Below, in pieces: positions 8,960 to 18,572 of a stretch of DNA of 32,000 nt; position 1 is the stretch's first letter; every line of letters starts with the position of its first letter. The DNA is taken from positions 2,490,001 to 2,522,000 of the forward strand of contig NZ_CP066019.1 in NCBI RefSeq assembly GCF_016127575.1, read 5' to 3'. A model generated the notes under the pieces. It did not search any database, was not told where the DNA came from, and was given only the letters and a program-made list of their open reading frames with translations. Made by a program: the position numbers and the translations under genes. This DNA is from Cupriavidus necator. GTDB lineage: Bacteria; Pseudomonadota; Gammaproteobacteria; Burkholderiales; Burkholderiaceae.

Positions 8960-9922
8960 ATGAAAGTTGCCCACCTCACGGCCTTGCTGCTGTGTGCCGC
9001 GTCGATCGGCACGGCCGCGGCGCAGTCCTATCCCCAGCGCCCGGTGCGTCTGGTCGTGCCGTACGCCCCGGGCGGCAGTGCCGACATCGCCGCCCGCCTG
9101 GTCTCGGATGCCTGGTCGAAGAGCCTGGGCGGCACCATCGTGGTCGAGAACCGTGCCGGCGCCGGCGGCAATATCGGCGTCGATGCCGTGGCCAAGGCCG
9201 CCGCCGACGGCTACACCATCGGCCTGCAGACGGTGTCCCTGGCCATCAACCCGGGTCTGTTCCCGCGCATGCCGTATGACACGCTGAAGGACCTGGCCCC
9301 GATCGGCATGGTCGCCAGTTCGCAGCACGTGCTGGTGGTCAACAACAACGTGCCCGCCAGGAACCTGCAGGAACTGATCGCCGCTGCCAGGGCCACGCCG
9401 GGCAAGCTGACCTACGGGTCCGCGGGCAACGGCAGCACCTTCCATATGTCGGCCGAGCTGTTCAAGTCGGTGGCCAACGTCTCCATCGTCCACGTGCCGT
9501 ACCGCGGCGGCGGCCCGGCCCTGGTCGACACCATCGCGGGCCAGGTCGACATGAGCTTCCCGGTGATCTCGGCCGCGCAGCAGCATGTGCAGGGCGGCAA
9601 GCTCAAGGCGCTCGCCGTCACCGGCAGCAAGCGCGCGCCGCAGTTGCCCAATGTGCCGACCGCGGCCGAGGCGGGCCTGCCCGGCTATGCCTTCGAGACC
9701 TGGTTCATGGTGTTTGCCCCGGCCGGCACGCCCAGGCCCGTGATCGACAAGCTGAACGCGGCGCTGAACACCGCGCTGGCCGCGCAGGCAACCCGTGAGC
9801 GCATGCTCAAGGAAGGCTTCGAGCCCACCCCGACCACGCCCGAGGCCGCGCGCCAGCGCCTGGAAAAGGAGATGCCCGTGTGGGCCAACCTGATCAGGCA
9901 GCGCGGCATCACCGCGGAATAA
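8960..9922 (+). CDS. Bug-family (TctC-like) periplasmic tripartite tricarboxylate transporter substrate-binding protein
   Basis: 320 aa. Signal peptide MKVAHLTALLLCAASIGTAAAQ. Bug-family hallmarks: YPQRPVRLVVPYAPGGSADIAAR, VENRAGAGGNIG and PYRGGGPAL. AGGAG lies 5 nt upstream of the ATG. Confidence 0.92.
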   Translation: MKVAHLTALLLCAASIGTAAAQSYPQRPVRLVVPYAPGGSADIAARLVSDAWSKSLGGTIVVENRAGAGGNIGVDAVAKAAADGYTIGLQTVSLAINPGLFPRMPYDTLKDLAPIGMVASSQHVLVVNNNVPARNLQELIAAARATPGKLTYGSAGNGSTFHMSAELFKSVANVSIVHVPYRGGGPALVDTIAGQVDMSFPVISAAQQHVQGGKLKALAVTGSKRAPQLPNVPTAAEAGLPGYAFETWFMVFAPAGTPRPVIDKLNAALNTALAAQATRERMLKEGFEPTPTTPEAARQRLEKEMPVWANLIRQRGITAE

Positions 9923-9942
9923 CGACAGACAAGGCAGTTGCC

Positions 9943-11361
9943 ATGACCCCCAAGACGCTATACCAGAAGCTGGTCGACTCCCATACCGTGGCCAGGCTCG
10001 ACGACGACAACGTGCTGTTGTACTGCGACCTGCACCTGATGAACGAGTACACCAGCCCGCAGGCCTTCGCCGGGCTGCATGAACAGGACCGCGGCGTGCT
10101 GGTGCCCGGACAGAACGTCTCGGTGGTCAGCCATATCATCCCGACGCACCCCACCGCGATCCGCGTGATCGCGGATCCGGCCTCGGCGCTGCAGGCCACC
10201 AACCTGCGTGCCAACTGCGAGCGGCACGCGATCCCGCTGTTCGACACCAACGACACGCTGCAGGGCATCGAGCATGTGATCGCGCCCGAGCACGGCATGA
10301 TCCGGCCGGGCATGGTGGTGATCTGCGGCGACAGCCATACCACCACCTACGGTGCGCTCGGCGCGCTCGGCTTCGGCATCGGCACCTCCGAGGTCGAGCA
10401 TGTGCTGGCCACCCAGACGCTGGTCTACCGGATGGCCAGGACCATGCGCATCCGCGTGGACGGCAAGCTGCCCGCCGGGACCACCGCCAAGGACCTGATC
10501 CTCAGGATCATCGGCGCGATCGGCGCGCAAGGTGCACGCGGCTATGTGGTGGAGTACTGCGGATCGGCGATCCGCGACCTGAGCATCGAGGCCCGCTTCA
10601 CGCTGTGCAATATGACTGTGGAGGCCGCGGCGCGCGGCGCGCTGATCGCGCCGGACGCGGTCGCCACGGACTATGTGCTGCGCCGCGCCGTGGATATCGA
10701 AGGCCCGCAGCGCGACGCCGCGCTCAGCTACTGGGCGACTCTCCAAAGCGATGCGGACGCCGTGTTCGACATGGACTTCGTGTTCGACGCAAGCGAGATC
10801 GAGCCCTACGTCACCTGGGGCACCAGCCCGGACCAGGTACTGCCGGTTTCCGGCCAGATCCCGTTCCCGGAAGACCAGCTCGACGAGGCCGAGCAGCGCT
10901 CGGTCGAGCGCGCGCTGGCGTACACGCACCTGCAACCGGGCGCCGCGCTGGCAGGCACGCCGATCCAGCACGTCTTCATCGGCTCCTGCACCAACGGCCG
11001 CATCGAGGACCTGCGCGCGGTGGCCAGCGTGGTGCGCGGCCGCAAGGTGGCCGCGGGGGTCAGAGCCATGGTGGTGCCCGGGTCGGGCGCGGTCAAGGCC
11101 CAGGCCGAGCGCGAGGGCCTGGCCGAAGTCCTCACCGCCGCCGGCTTTGAATGGCGACAACCGGGCTGCTCGATGTGCCTGGCCATGAACGACGACGTGC
11201 TCGCCGACGGCGTGCGCTGCGCTTCCACCACCAACCGCAATTTCGAGGGCCGGCAGGGGCGCGGTGCCATCACCCACCTGATGAGCCCGGCCATGGCCGC
11301 TGCGGCCGCCGTCACCGGCGTCATCACCGACGTCCGCAAGCTGGAGATCACCCATGCCTGA
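9943..11361 (+). CDS. leuC: Aconitase-family hydro-lyase large subunit, 3-isopropylmalate dehydratase LeuC-like paralog
   Basis: ATG at 9943, product 472 aa. TLYQKLVDSHTV...LLYCDLHLMNEYTSPQAF parallels E. coli LeuC TLYEKLFDAHVV...IDRHLVHEVTSPQAF. Fe-S ligand contexts are GSCTNGRIEDL and PGCSMCLAMN. The genomic context (LysR plus Bug, no leuB) suggests a catabolic paralog. Confidence 0.88.
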   Translation: MTPKTLYQKLVDSHTVARLDDDNVLLYCDLHLMNEYTSPQAFAGLHEQDRGVLVPGQNVSVVSHIIPTHPTAIRVIADPASALQATNLRANCERHAIPLFDTNDTLQGIEHVIAPEHGMIRPGMVVICGDSHTTTYGALGALGFGIGTSEVEHVLATQTLVYRMARTMRIRVDGKLPAGTTAKDLILRIIGAIGAQGARGYVVEYCGSAIRDLSIEARFTLCNMTVEAAARGALIAPDAVATDYVLRRAVDIEGPQRDAALSYWATLQSDADAVFDMDFVFDASEIEPYVTWGTSPDQVLPVSGQIPFPEDQLDEAEQRSVERALAYTHLQPGAALAGTPIQHVFIGSCTNGRIEDLRAVASVVRGRKVAAGVRAMVVPGSGAVKAQAEREGLAEVLTAAGFEWRQPGCSMCLAMNDDVLADGVRCASTTNRNFEGRQGRGAITHLMSPAMAAAAAVTGVITDVRKLEITHA

Positions 11362-11998
11362 ACCCACCTGCATCGCCGGCAAAGGCGCCGCCATCCGCTT
11401 CGAGAACCTCGATACCGACCAGATCATCCCCAAGCAGTTCCTGCGCGGGATCGACAAGTCGGGGCTGGCCGAGGGCATTCTCTACGACCACCGCTTCGAC
11501 GCCAGCGGCGCGCCGCGCCCTGGCTTCGTGCTGAACCGGCCCGAGTACGCCGGCGCCAGCATCCTGGTGAGCGGCGCCAACTTCGGCTGCGGCTCCAGCC
11601 GCGAGCACGCCGTCTGGGGCCTGCAGCAATTCGGCATCCGCGCCGTGATTGCGCCGAGCTTCGGCGAGATCTTCTATTCGAACGCGATGAACAACCGGCT
11701 GCTGCTGGTGATGCTGCCACGCGAGGTGATCGGGCCGTTGATGAACGACGTGGATGCGGACGCGGCCAACACCATCAGCATCGATGTCGAGGCGATGCGC
11801 GTGCGCACGCCCTCCGGCGACTACGCCTTCGAGCTGTCGGCACGGCACCGCCGCATGTTTATCGAAGGGCTGGACATGATCGGCCTGTCGCTGCGGCAGC
11901 GCGGCGAGATCGAGCAGTTCATCCAGCAATACCGGAGCGCGTTCCCGTGGACAACGAACGTGGCCAGGCGCACGCGCGACCGCCTGAGCGCGACCTGA
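11354..11998 (+). CDS. leuD: Aconitase-family hydro-lyase small subunit, LeuD-like paralog
   Basis: 214 aa. It overlaps the large-subunit gene by 8 nt. DTDQIIPKQFL, NFGCGSSREHAVW and VIAPSFGEIFYSNAMNN match LeuD. Confidence 0.9.
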   Translation: MPEPTCIAGKGAAIRFENLDTDQIIPKQFLRGIDKSGLAEGILYDHRFDASGAPRPGFVLNRPEYAGASILVSGANFGCGSSREHAVWGLQQFGIRAVIAPSFGEIFYSNAMNNRLLLVMLPREVIGPLMNDVDADAANTISIDVEAMRVRTPSGDYAFELSARHRRMFIEGLDMIGLSLRQRGEIEQFIQQYRSAFPWTTNVARRTRDRLSAT

Positions 11999-12008
11999 AG
12001 CCTGCCCT

Positions 12009-12038
12009 GCAAGCGCGTCGCCTCCGCGGCGCGCTTGC
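12009..12038 (+). terminator. GC-rich stem-loop 11 nt after the leuD-like stop (GCAAGCGCG N12 CGCGCTTGC); candidate terminator without a T-tract
   Basis: A perfect 9-bp inverted repeat read directly. No U-run follows, so intrinsic-terminator status is uncertain. Confidence 0.4.
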
Positions 12039-12100
12039 CCCGCTGCAAACGACAAGGATCAACACCACCCCACACTTCGTTCCCGCACCGCCGCCACCGT

Positions 12101-12114
12101 TTGATGCCAGTCAA
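12101..12114 (+). promoter_or_regulatory. CRP/FNR-family (FNR/Dnr/NNR-type) binding box TTGATgccaGTCAA upstream of nirS
   Basis: It matches the TTGAT-N4-ATCAA consensus at 9 of 10 positions. Its centre is about 115 bp upstream of the nirS ATG. CATGAT at 12137-12142 is placed where a class II (-41.5) promoter would have its -10 element. Confidence 0.7.
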
Positions 12115-12209
12115 TTCCATGTCGTCAGTGTGTCCGCATGATTTCCACACGACGACAGGTGCCCGCCACGCAGGCATGGGCACCGCGAAACAGCTTTCCT
12201 CACCGCTGA

Positions 12210-13886
<1,677 letters not shown>

Positions 13887-13898
13887 GCCGGCGCCACC

Positions 13899-14261
13899 AT
13901 GCGTAATCACATCGCCTGGCGGCGCGCTGCGCTGGCGGGGCTGGCAGCGGCCTTGCTGGGCGCAGCGCCCGGCGCGGCGGCCCAGCCCACCGCTGCCCGG
14001 CAGGCGCAGCTTGCGCACTGGCTGCGCGATGACTGCGGCGCCTGCCACGGCATGACGCTTGGCGGCGGGCTGGGCCCGCCGCTGACGCGCGAGGCACTGT
14101 CCGGCAAGCCGCCCGAGGGCCTGGTCGCCACCGTGCTGTACGGCCGCCCCGGCACCGCGATGCCGCCCTGGCAACCCTTCATGACGCAGGATGAAGCCCA
14201 ATGGCTGATCGATCGACTGCAGGCCGGCAAGCCACCGGCCGCCTCGCCGCAAGGCAACTGA
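13899..14261 (+). CDS. nirC: Monoheme cytochrome c55X NirC
   Basis: 120 aa with a signal peptide, the CGACHG heme-binding motif and a later PGTAMPPW motif containing Met. Its position directly after nirS is as expected. Confidence 0.85.
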   Translation: MRNHIAWRRAALAGLAAALLGAAPGAAAQPTAARQAQLAHWLRDDCGACHGMTLGGGLGPPLTREALSGKPPEGLVATVLYGRPGTAMPPWQPFMTQDEAQWLIDRLQAGKPPAASPQGN

Positions 14262-15436
14262 TCCGCGGCCTGGCCGCGGCCTTGTGCGCCACCGTTGCCG
14301 CCGCGCTGGTGGCCGGTTGTGCCAGCGCCGCGCGCGGCACCGGCGACCTGGGCGTGGTGGTGGAGCGCGCCGCCGGACGGCTGCAGATCGTCGAGACCAC
14401 CGGCATGACCCGGCTGGCAACCGTGGAAGGACTCGGTGATTTGTCCCATGCCAGCGTGGTGTTCTCGCGCAACACACGCTACGCCTATGTCTTCGGCCGC
14501 GACGGCGGCCTGACGCGCGTGGACCTGCTCAGCGCCCGCATCACCCACCGCGTGCTGCAGGCGGGCAACAGCATCGGCGGCGCGATCTCGCAGGACGGCC
14601 GCGTGGTGGCCACGCAGAACTACGCGCCCGGCGGCATCCGCCTGTTCGATGCCCAGACGCTTGAGCCGCTGGCTGACCTGCCGGCCATCGGCAATGACGG
14701 CCGCCGCTCCAAGGTGGTGGGCCTGGCCGACCTGCCCGGCCGCCGCTTTGCCGCCAGCCTGTTCGAATCCGGCGAAATCTGGATCATCGATGCCGGCGAT
14801 CCGCGTCAGCCGCAGGTGACACGCCTGCCCGCCGGCCGCGAGCCGTACGACGGACTGGTCACGCCCGATGGCCGCTGGTACCTGGCCGGCCTGTTCGGTG
14901 AGGACGGCCTGGCGCTGGTCGACCTGTGGCAGGCGCCGCTGCAGTCGCGCCGCGTGCTGTCCGGCTACGGCCGCGGCAGCGCGCCGCTGCCGGTCTACAA
15001 GATGCCGCACCTGCGCGGCTGGGCCATGGCCCAGGGCTTGGCCTGGCTGCCGGCGATCGGCCGTCATGAGGTGCTGGTGGCCGATCCCGCCAACGGCTGG
15101 CAGCAGGCCGCGCGCGTGGCGCTGGCCGGCCAGCCGGTCTTTGTGATGGCACGCCCCGACGGGCGCCAGGTCTGGGTCAACTTCGCCTTCCCCCACAACG
15201 ACACGGTGCAGGTGATCGACACCGCCACGCGCCAGGTGGTGCGCACGCTGCATCCCTGCCGCGGCGTGCTGCACATGGAGTTCACGCCCAAGGGCGAGTC
15301 CCTGTGGCTGTCCTGCCGCGACGACAACCGTGTCGAGATCTACGACACCGCCAGCCTGGCGCGAATTGCCACGCTGCCCGCCGACAGCCCCAGCGGCATC
15401 TTCTTCACCGTGCGCGCGCAACGGTTCGGCATGTAA
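14201..15436 (+). CDS. nirF: Heme d1 biosynthesis protein NirF (cd1-like beta-propeller, predicted lipoprotein)
   Basis: 411 aa from the ATG at 14201 (AGGA lies 10 nt upstream). Lipobox LVAGC. A propeller-type sequence paralogous to the NirS/NirN C-terminal domains. The start is uncertain: from this ATG the gene overlaps nirC by 61 nt. Confidence 0.85.
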   Translation: MADRSTAGRQATGRLAARQLIRGLAAALCATVAAALVAGCASAARGTGDLGVVVERAAGRLQIVETTGMTRLATVEGLGDLSHASVVFSRNTRYAYVFGRDGGLTRVDLLSARITHRVLQAGNSIGGAISQDGRVVATQNYAPGGIRLFDAQTLEPLADLPAIGNDGRRSKVVGLADLPGRRFAASLFESGEIWIIDAGDPRQPQVTRLPAGREPYDGLVTPDGRWYLAGLFGEDGLALVDLWQAPLQSRRVLSGYGRGSAPLPVYKMPHLRGWAMAQGLAWLPAIGRHEVLVADPANGWQQAARVALAGQPVFVMARPDGRQVWVNFAFPHNDTVQVIDTATRQVVRTLHPCRGVLHMEFTPKGESLWLSCRDDNRVEIYDTASLARIATLPADSPSGIFFTVRAQRFGM

Positions 15437-15445
15437 AGGGACACC

Positions 15446-16435
15446 ATGTACGATGAACTGAGCGTCTACGACACCCTGCAGCGCGATTTCCCGCTGCAGC
15501 CGCGGCCCTACCAGGCGCTGGCCGGCAAGCTCGGCCTGTGCGAGCACACGCTGCTGAGCCTGCTGGCGCGCGACCTGGGCAACGGGCGCATCAGCCGCGT
15601 CGGCGCGGTGTTCGCGCCCAACGTGATCGGCGTCAGCACGCTGGCGGCGCTGTCCGTGCCGCCGGCCCAGCTGGACCGCGTGGCGGCGCGCGTCAGTGCC
15701 TGCGCGGCGGTCAGCCACAACTATGCGCGCAGCGGCCATCCGTGCAACCTGTGGTTCGTCGCGGGCGCGCGCGAGCGCCGCATGCTCGATGTCACGCTGG
15801 CGTCGATCGGGGAAATGACCGGCCTGGCGCCGCTGGACCTGCCCATGGCCCGCGAGTATCACATCGACCTCGGCTTCCCGCTCGCGCGCCCGGGCAGCGC
15901 ACGCGCCCGCCGCGCTGCCAGCGCGGCCGCTCCCGCCGCGCCTGTCGCCCTGGACGATGACGACTGGCGCCTGGTGGCCGCACTGGAAGCCGGCCTGCCG
16001 CTGACGCCACGCCCGTTCCACGCACTGGCAGCGCAAGCGCGGATGGCGATGCCTCAGGTCCTGGAGCGGCTGACGCGCTGGTCCGCGCAGGGCGTGATCC
16101 GGCGCCTGGGCGTGGTGCTGCAGCATGGGCGCTTCGGCTTCGGCCACAACGCCATGTGCGTGTGGGATGTGCCCGACGCGCACGTGGACGCCATCGGCAT
16201 GCGGCTGGCGCGGCTGGCGCGCGTGACCCTGTGCTACCGCCGCGCGCGCCGGCTGCCCGACTGGCCCTACAACCTGTTTGCGATGGTCCATGCGCGCAAT
16301 GCGCAAGACTTGCTGCCCGCGCTGGCGCGCATCCATGCCACCGCCGGGCTGGAACATGCGCCCGGGACCGTGCTGGTCGGCACGCGCTGCTACAAGCAGC
16401 GCGGCACACGCTATGCCATGCAGGTGTCGGCATGA
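15446..16435 (+). CDS. nirDL: Siroheme decarboxylase NirD-NirL fusion protein (AsnC/Lrp-like, heme d1 biosynthesis)
   Basis: 329 aa made of two AsnC-like modules. The NirD-like half has VSHNYARSGHPCNLWF. The NirL-like half has LCYRRARRLPDWPYNLFAMVHAR. They are joined by an Ala/Arg-rich linker, ARPGSARARRAASAAAPAAP. Confidence 0.88.
   Translation: MYDELSVYDTLQRDFPLQPRPYQALAGKLGLCEHTLLSLLARDLGNGRISRVGAVFAPNVIGVSTLAALSVPPAQLDRVAARVSACAAVSHNYARSGHPCNLWFVAGARERRMLDVTLASIGEMTGLAPLDLPMAREYHIDLGFPLARPGSARARRAASAAAPAAPVALDDDDWRLVAALEAGLPLTPRPFHALAAQARMAMPQVLERLTRWSAQGVIRRLGVVLQHGRFGFGHNAMCVWDVPDAHVDAIGMRLARLARVTLCYRRARRLPDWPYNLFAMVHARNAQDLLPALARIHATAGLEHAPGTVLVGTRCYKQRGTRYAMQVSA
16262..16297 (+). repeat. 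36-nt direct repeat copy A (tggccctacaacctgtttgcgatggtccatgcgcgc) in the nirL part of nirDL
   Basis: It differs at 1 of 36 nt from 17220-17255. Both copies encode WPYNLFAMVHAR. Confidence 0.9.
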
Positions 16436-16896
16436 CCCGTGCCATCGCCGCACTCGACCCGCTCGACCGCCGCATCATCAACGCGCTGCAGCGCGGCCTG
16501 CCCCTGGTGCCGCATCCGTATGCCGAAGCGGCGGCGGCGCTCGGCATCACCGAGGCCGAACTGCTGGAGCGGCTGCGCGCACTGCTTGCCGCAGGCGTGC
16601 TGACACGCTTCGGCCCGCTGTACCAGATCGAGCGCGCGGGCGGCAGCTTCGTGCTGTGCGCCTGCCATGCACCCGCCGAGCGGATGGGCGCCGTGATCGC
16701 TGCCATCAACGCGCACCCCGAGGTCGCCCACCACTACGCGCGCACGCATCACCTGAACCTGTGGTTCGTGCTGGCGGTGGCGAGGCAGGAAGATGTCGCG
16801 CCGGTACTCGCGCGCATCGCGGCGGCGGCCGGCGTCGAGATCCTGCCGTTCCCGAAGGAACGCGAGTTCTTCGTCAACCTCTACCTGCCCGCCTGA
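16432..16896 (+). CDS. nirG: Siroheme decarboxylase subunit NirG
   Basis: ATG at 16432 overlaps the nirDL stop (ATGA). 154 aa. LDRRIINALQRGLPLVPHPY and VAHHYARTHHLNLWF are paralogous to the NirD half. Confidence 0.88.
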   Translation: MTRAIAALDPLDRRIINALQRGLPLVPHPYAEAAAALGITEAELLERLRALLAAGVLTRFGPLYQIERAGGSFVLCACHAPAERMGAVIAAINAHPEVAHHYARTHHLNLWFVLAVARQEDVAPVLARIAAAAGVEILPFPKEREFFVNLYLPA

Positions 16897-17396
16897 TGCC
16901 CAAGCCTGTCGATCCCGTCGACCTGGCGCTGATCCGCGCCACGCAAGCAGGACTCCCGTTGGTGCCGGCGCCCTACGCGGCAGTGGCCGGCGCACTCGGC
17001 CTGACCGAACAGGAAGTGATGGCGCGGCTCGCCGCGATGCATGCGCGCGGCGTGCTGCGTCGTATCGGCGCCGTTCCCAACCACTACCGGCTGGGCTGGC
17101 GCGCCAACGGCATGACCGTGTGGGACGTGGACGATGCGTTCATCGACATGCTCGGCGAGCGCATCGGCGCCCTGCCCTTCGTCAGCCATTGCTATCGCCG
17201 TCCGCGCCACTTGCCGCATTGGCCCTACAACCTGTTCGCGATGGTCCATGCGCGCTCCCGCCAGGACGCCGCGCCGCAGGTTGCCGCGATCGCGGCACTG
17301 CTTGGCGACGCCTGCCGCGCGCACGACGTGCTGTGGTCCACCCGCATCCTCAAGAAAACGGGGCTGCGCCTGCCGCCGCCCGGCCCAGACCAATAG
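16896..17396 (+). CDS. nirH: Siroheme decarboxylase subunit NirH
   Basis: ATG at 16896 overlaps the nirG stop (TGATG). 166 aa. HCYRRPRHLPHWPYNLFAMVHAR is paralogous to the NirL half. Confidence 0.88.
   Translation: MPKPVDPVDLALIRATQAGLPLVPAPYAAVAGALGLTEQEVMARLAAMHARGVLRRIGAVPNHYRLGWRANGMTVWDVDDAFIDMLGERIGALPFVSHCYRRPRHLPHWPYNLFAMVHARSRQDAAPQVAAIAALLGDACRAHDVLWSTRILKKTGLRLPPPGPDQ
17220..17255 (+). repeat. 36-nt direct repeat copy B in nirH
   Basis: tggccctacaacctgttcgcgatggtccatgcgcgc; the partner copy is 16262-16297. Confidence 0.9.
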
Positions 17397-17408
17397 GAAA
17401 CCCCGCCC

Positions 17409-18572
17409 ATGTTCCGCCTGTCCCGCTTCATGGAAGCCCTGCGCGATGCCGGCCCGGTGCCGCCGCCGCGCAAGCCCGCCGGCCCGGTGGTGATCTGGAA
17501 CCTGATCCGCCGCTGCAACCTCAACTGCCGGCACTGCTATGCAACCTCCGCCGACACGGACTTCAAGGGCGAGCTGGATACCGCCGAGGCGCTGCGCGTG
17601 CTCGACCAGTTGCGCGATGCGCGCGTGCCCGCGCTGATCCTGTCCGGGGGCGAACCGCTGCTGCGGCCGGACCTCTACGAGATTGCCGCACGGGCGCGCG
17701 CACTCGGCTTCCACCTGTCGCTGTCGTCCAACGGCACGCTGCTCGATGCGGGGCATGCCGCGCGGCTAGCGGCAGCGGGCTTCGACTACGTCGGCGTCAG
17801 CCTGGACGGCCTGCCCGCCACGCACGACCGCTTCCGCCGCAGCGACGGCGCCTTTGCGCAGGCGCTGGCGGGCCTGCGCGCCGCGCGTGCGGCCGGCCTG
17901 CGCGTGGGCGTGCGCATGACGCTGACCGAAGCCAACGCGGCGCAACTGCCCGACCTGGTGGCGCTGACCGAGCATGAGGGCATCGACAAGTTCTACCTGT
18001 CGCACTTCAACTATGCTGGCCGTGCACGCAGCCATCGCGCCGAAGACGCGCACCATGCGCGCACCCGCGCCGCGCTCGACTGGCTGTTCGACCACGTCTG
18101 GCAGCGCACGCAGCAGGGCCATGCGGGCGACTTCGTCACCGGCAACAACGATGCGGATGGCGTGTACCTGCTGTACTGGATCGCCAGGCGCTTGCCGCAT
18201 CGCCTGGTGGATATGCGCCAGCGGCTGGAACACTGGGGCGGCAACGCCACCGGGGTCGGCGTGGCCAATATCGACAACCTCGGCAATGTCCATCCCGACA
18301 CGATGTGGTGGCACGTGACCGTGGGCAATGTGCGCGAGCGGCCGTTCGGCGAGATCTGGGCCAGCCGCGCCGATCCGCTGATGGCGGGCCTGGCCAGCAC
18401 GCCGCGTCCGCTGCAGGGGCGTTGCGCGGGCTGCGCATATCGCGCCATCTGCAACGGCAATACCCGGGTGCGCGCCTTTGCGCTGACAGGCAACGCCTGG
18501 GCGGAAGATCCGGGCTGCTACCTGAGCGATGCCGAGATCGCGCATGCGCCGGGCACGGAGGTGGCGGCATGA
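17409..18572 (+). CDS. nirJ: Radical SAM heme d1 biosynthesis protein NirJ
   Basis: 387 aa. Radical SAM motif CNLNCRHC near the N-terminus. C-terminal auxiliary Cys cluster (CAGCAYRAICNG). AGGA is upstream. It sits between nirH and nirN. Confidence 0.93.
   Translation: MFRLSRFMEALRDAGPVPPPRKPAGPVVIWNLIRRCNLNCRHCYATSADTDFKGELDTAEALRVLDQLRDARVPALILSGGEPLLRPDLYEIAARARALGFHLSLSSNGTLLDAGHAARLAAAGFDYVGVSLDGLPATHDRFRRSDGAFAQALAGLRAARAAGLRVGVRMTLTEANAAQLPDLVALTEHEGIDKFYLSHFNYAGRARSHRAEDAHHARTRAALDWLFDHVWQRTQQGHAGDFVTGNNDADGVYLLYWIARRLPHRLVDMRQRLEHWGGNATGVGVANIDNLGNVHPDTMWWHVTVGNVRERPFGEIWASRADPLMAGLASTPRPLQGRCAGCAYRAICNGNTRVRAFALTGNAWAEDPGCYLSDAEIAHAPGTEVAA

Noticed and set aside
13907-16453. 848-aa ORF on the minus strand spanning nirC, nirF and nirDL
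   Set aside because: It is antisense to three well-supported genes. The product is extremely Ala/Arg/Gly-rich and low-complexity, with no recognisable motif. Long stop-free antisense frames are expected in DNA with very high third-position GC.
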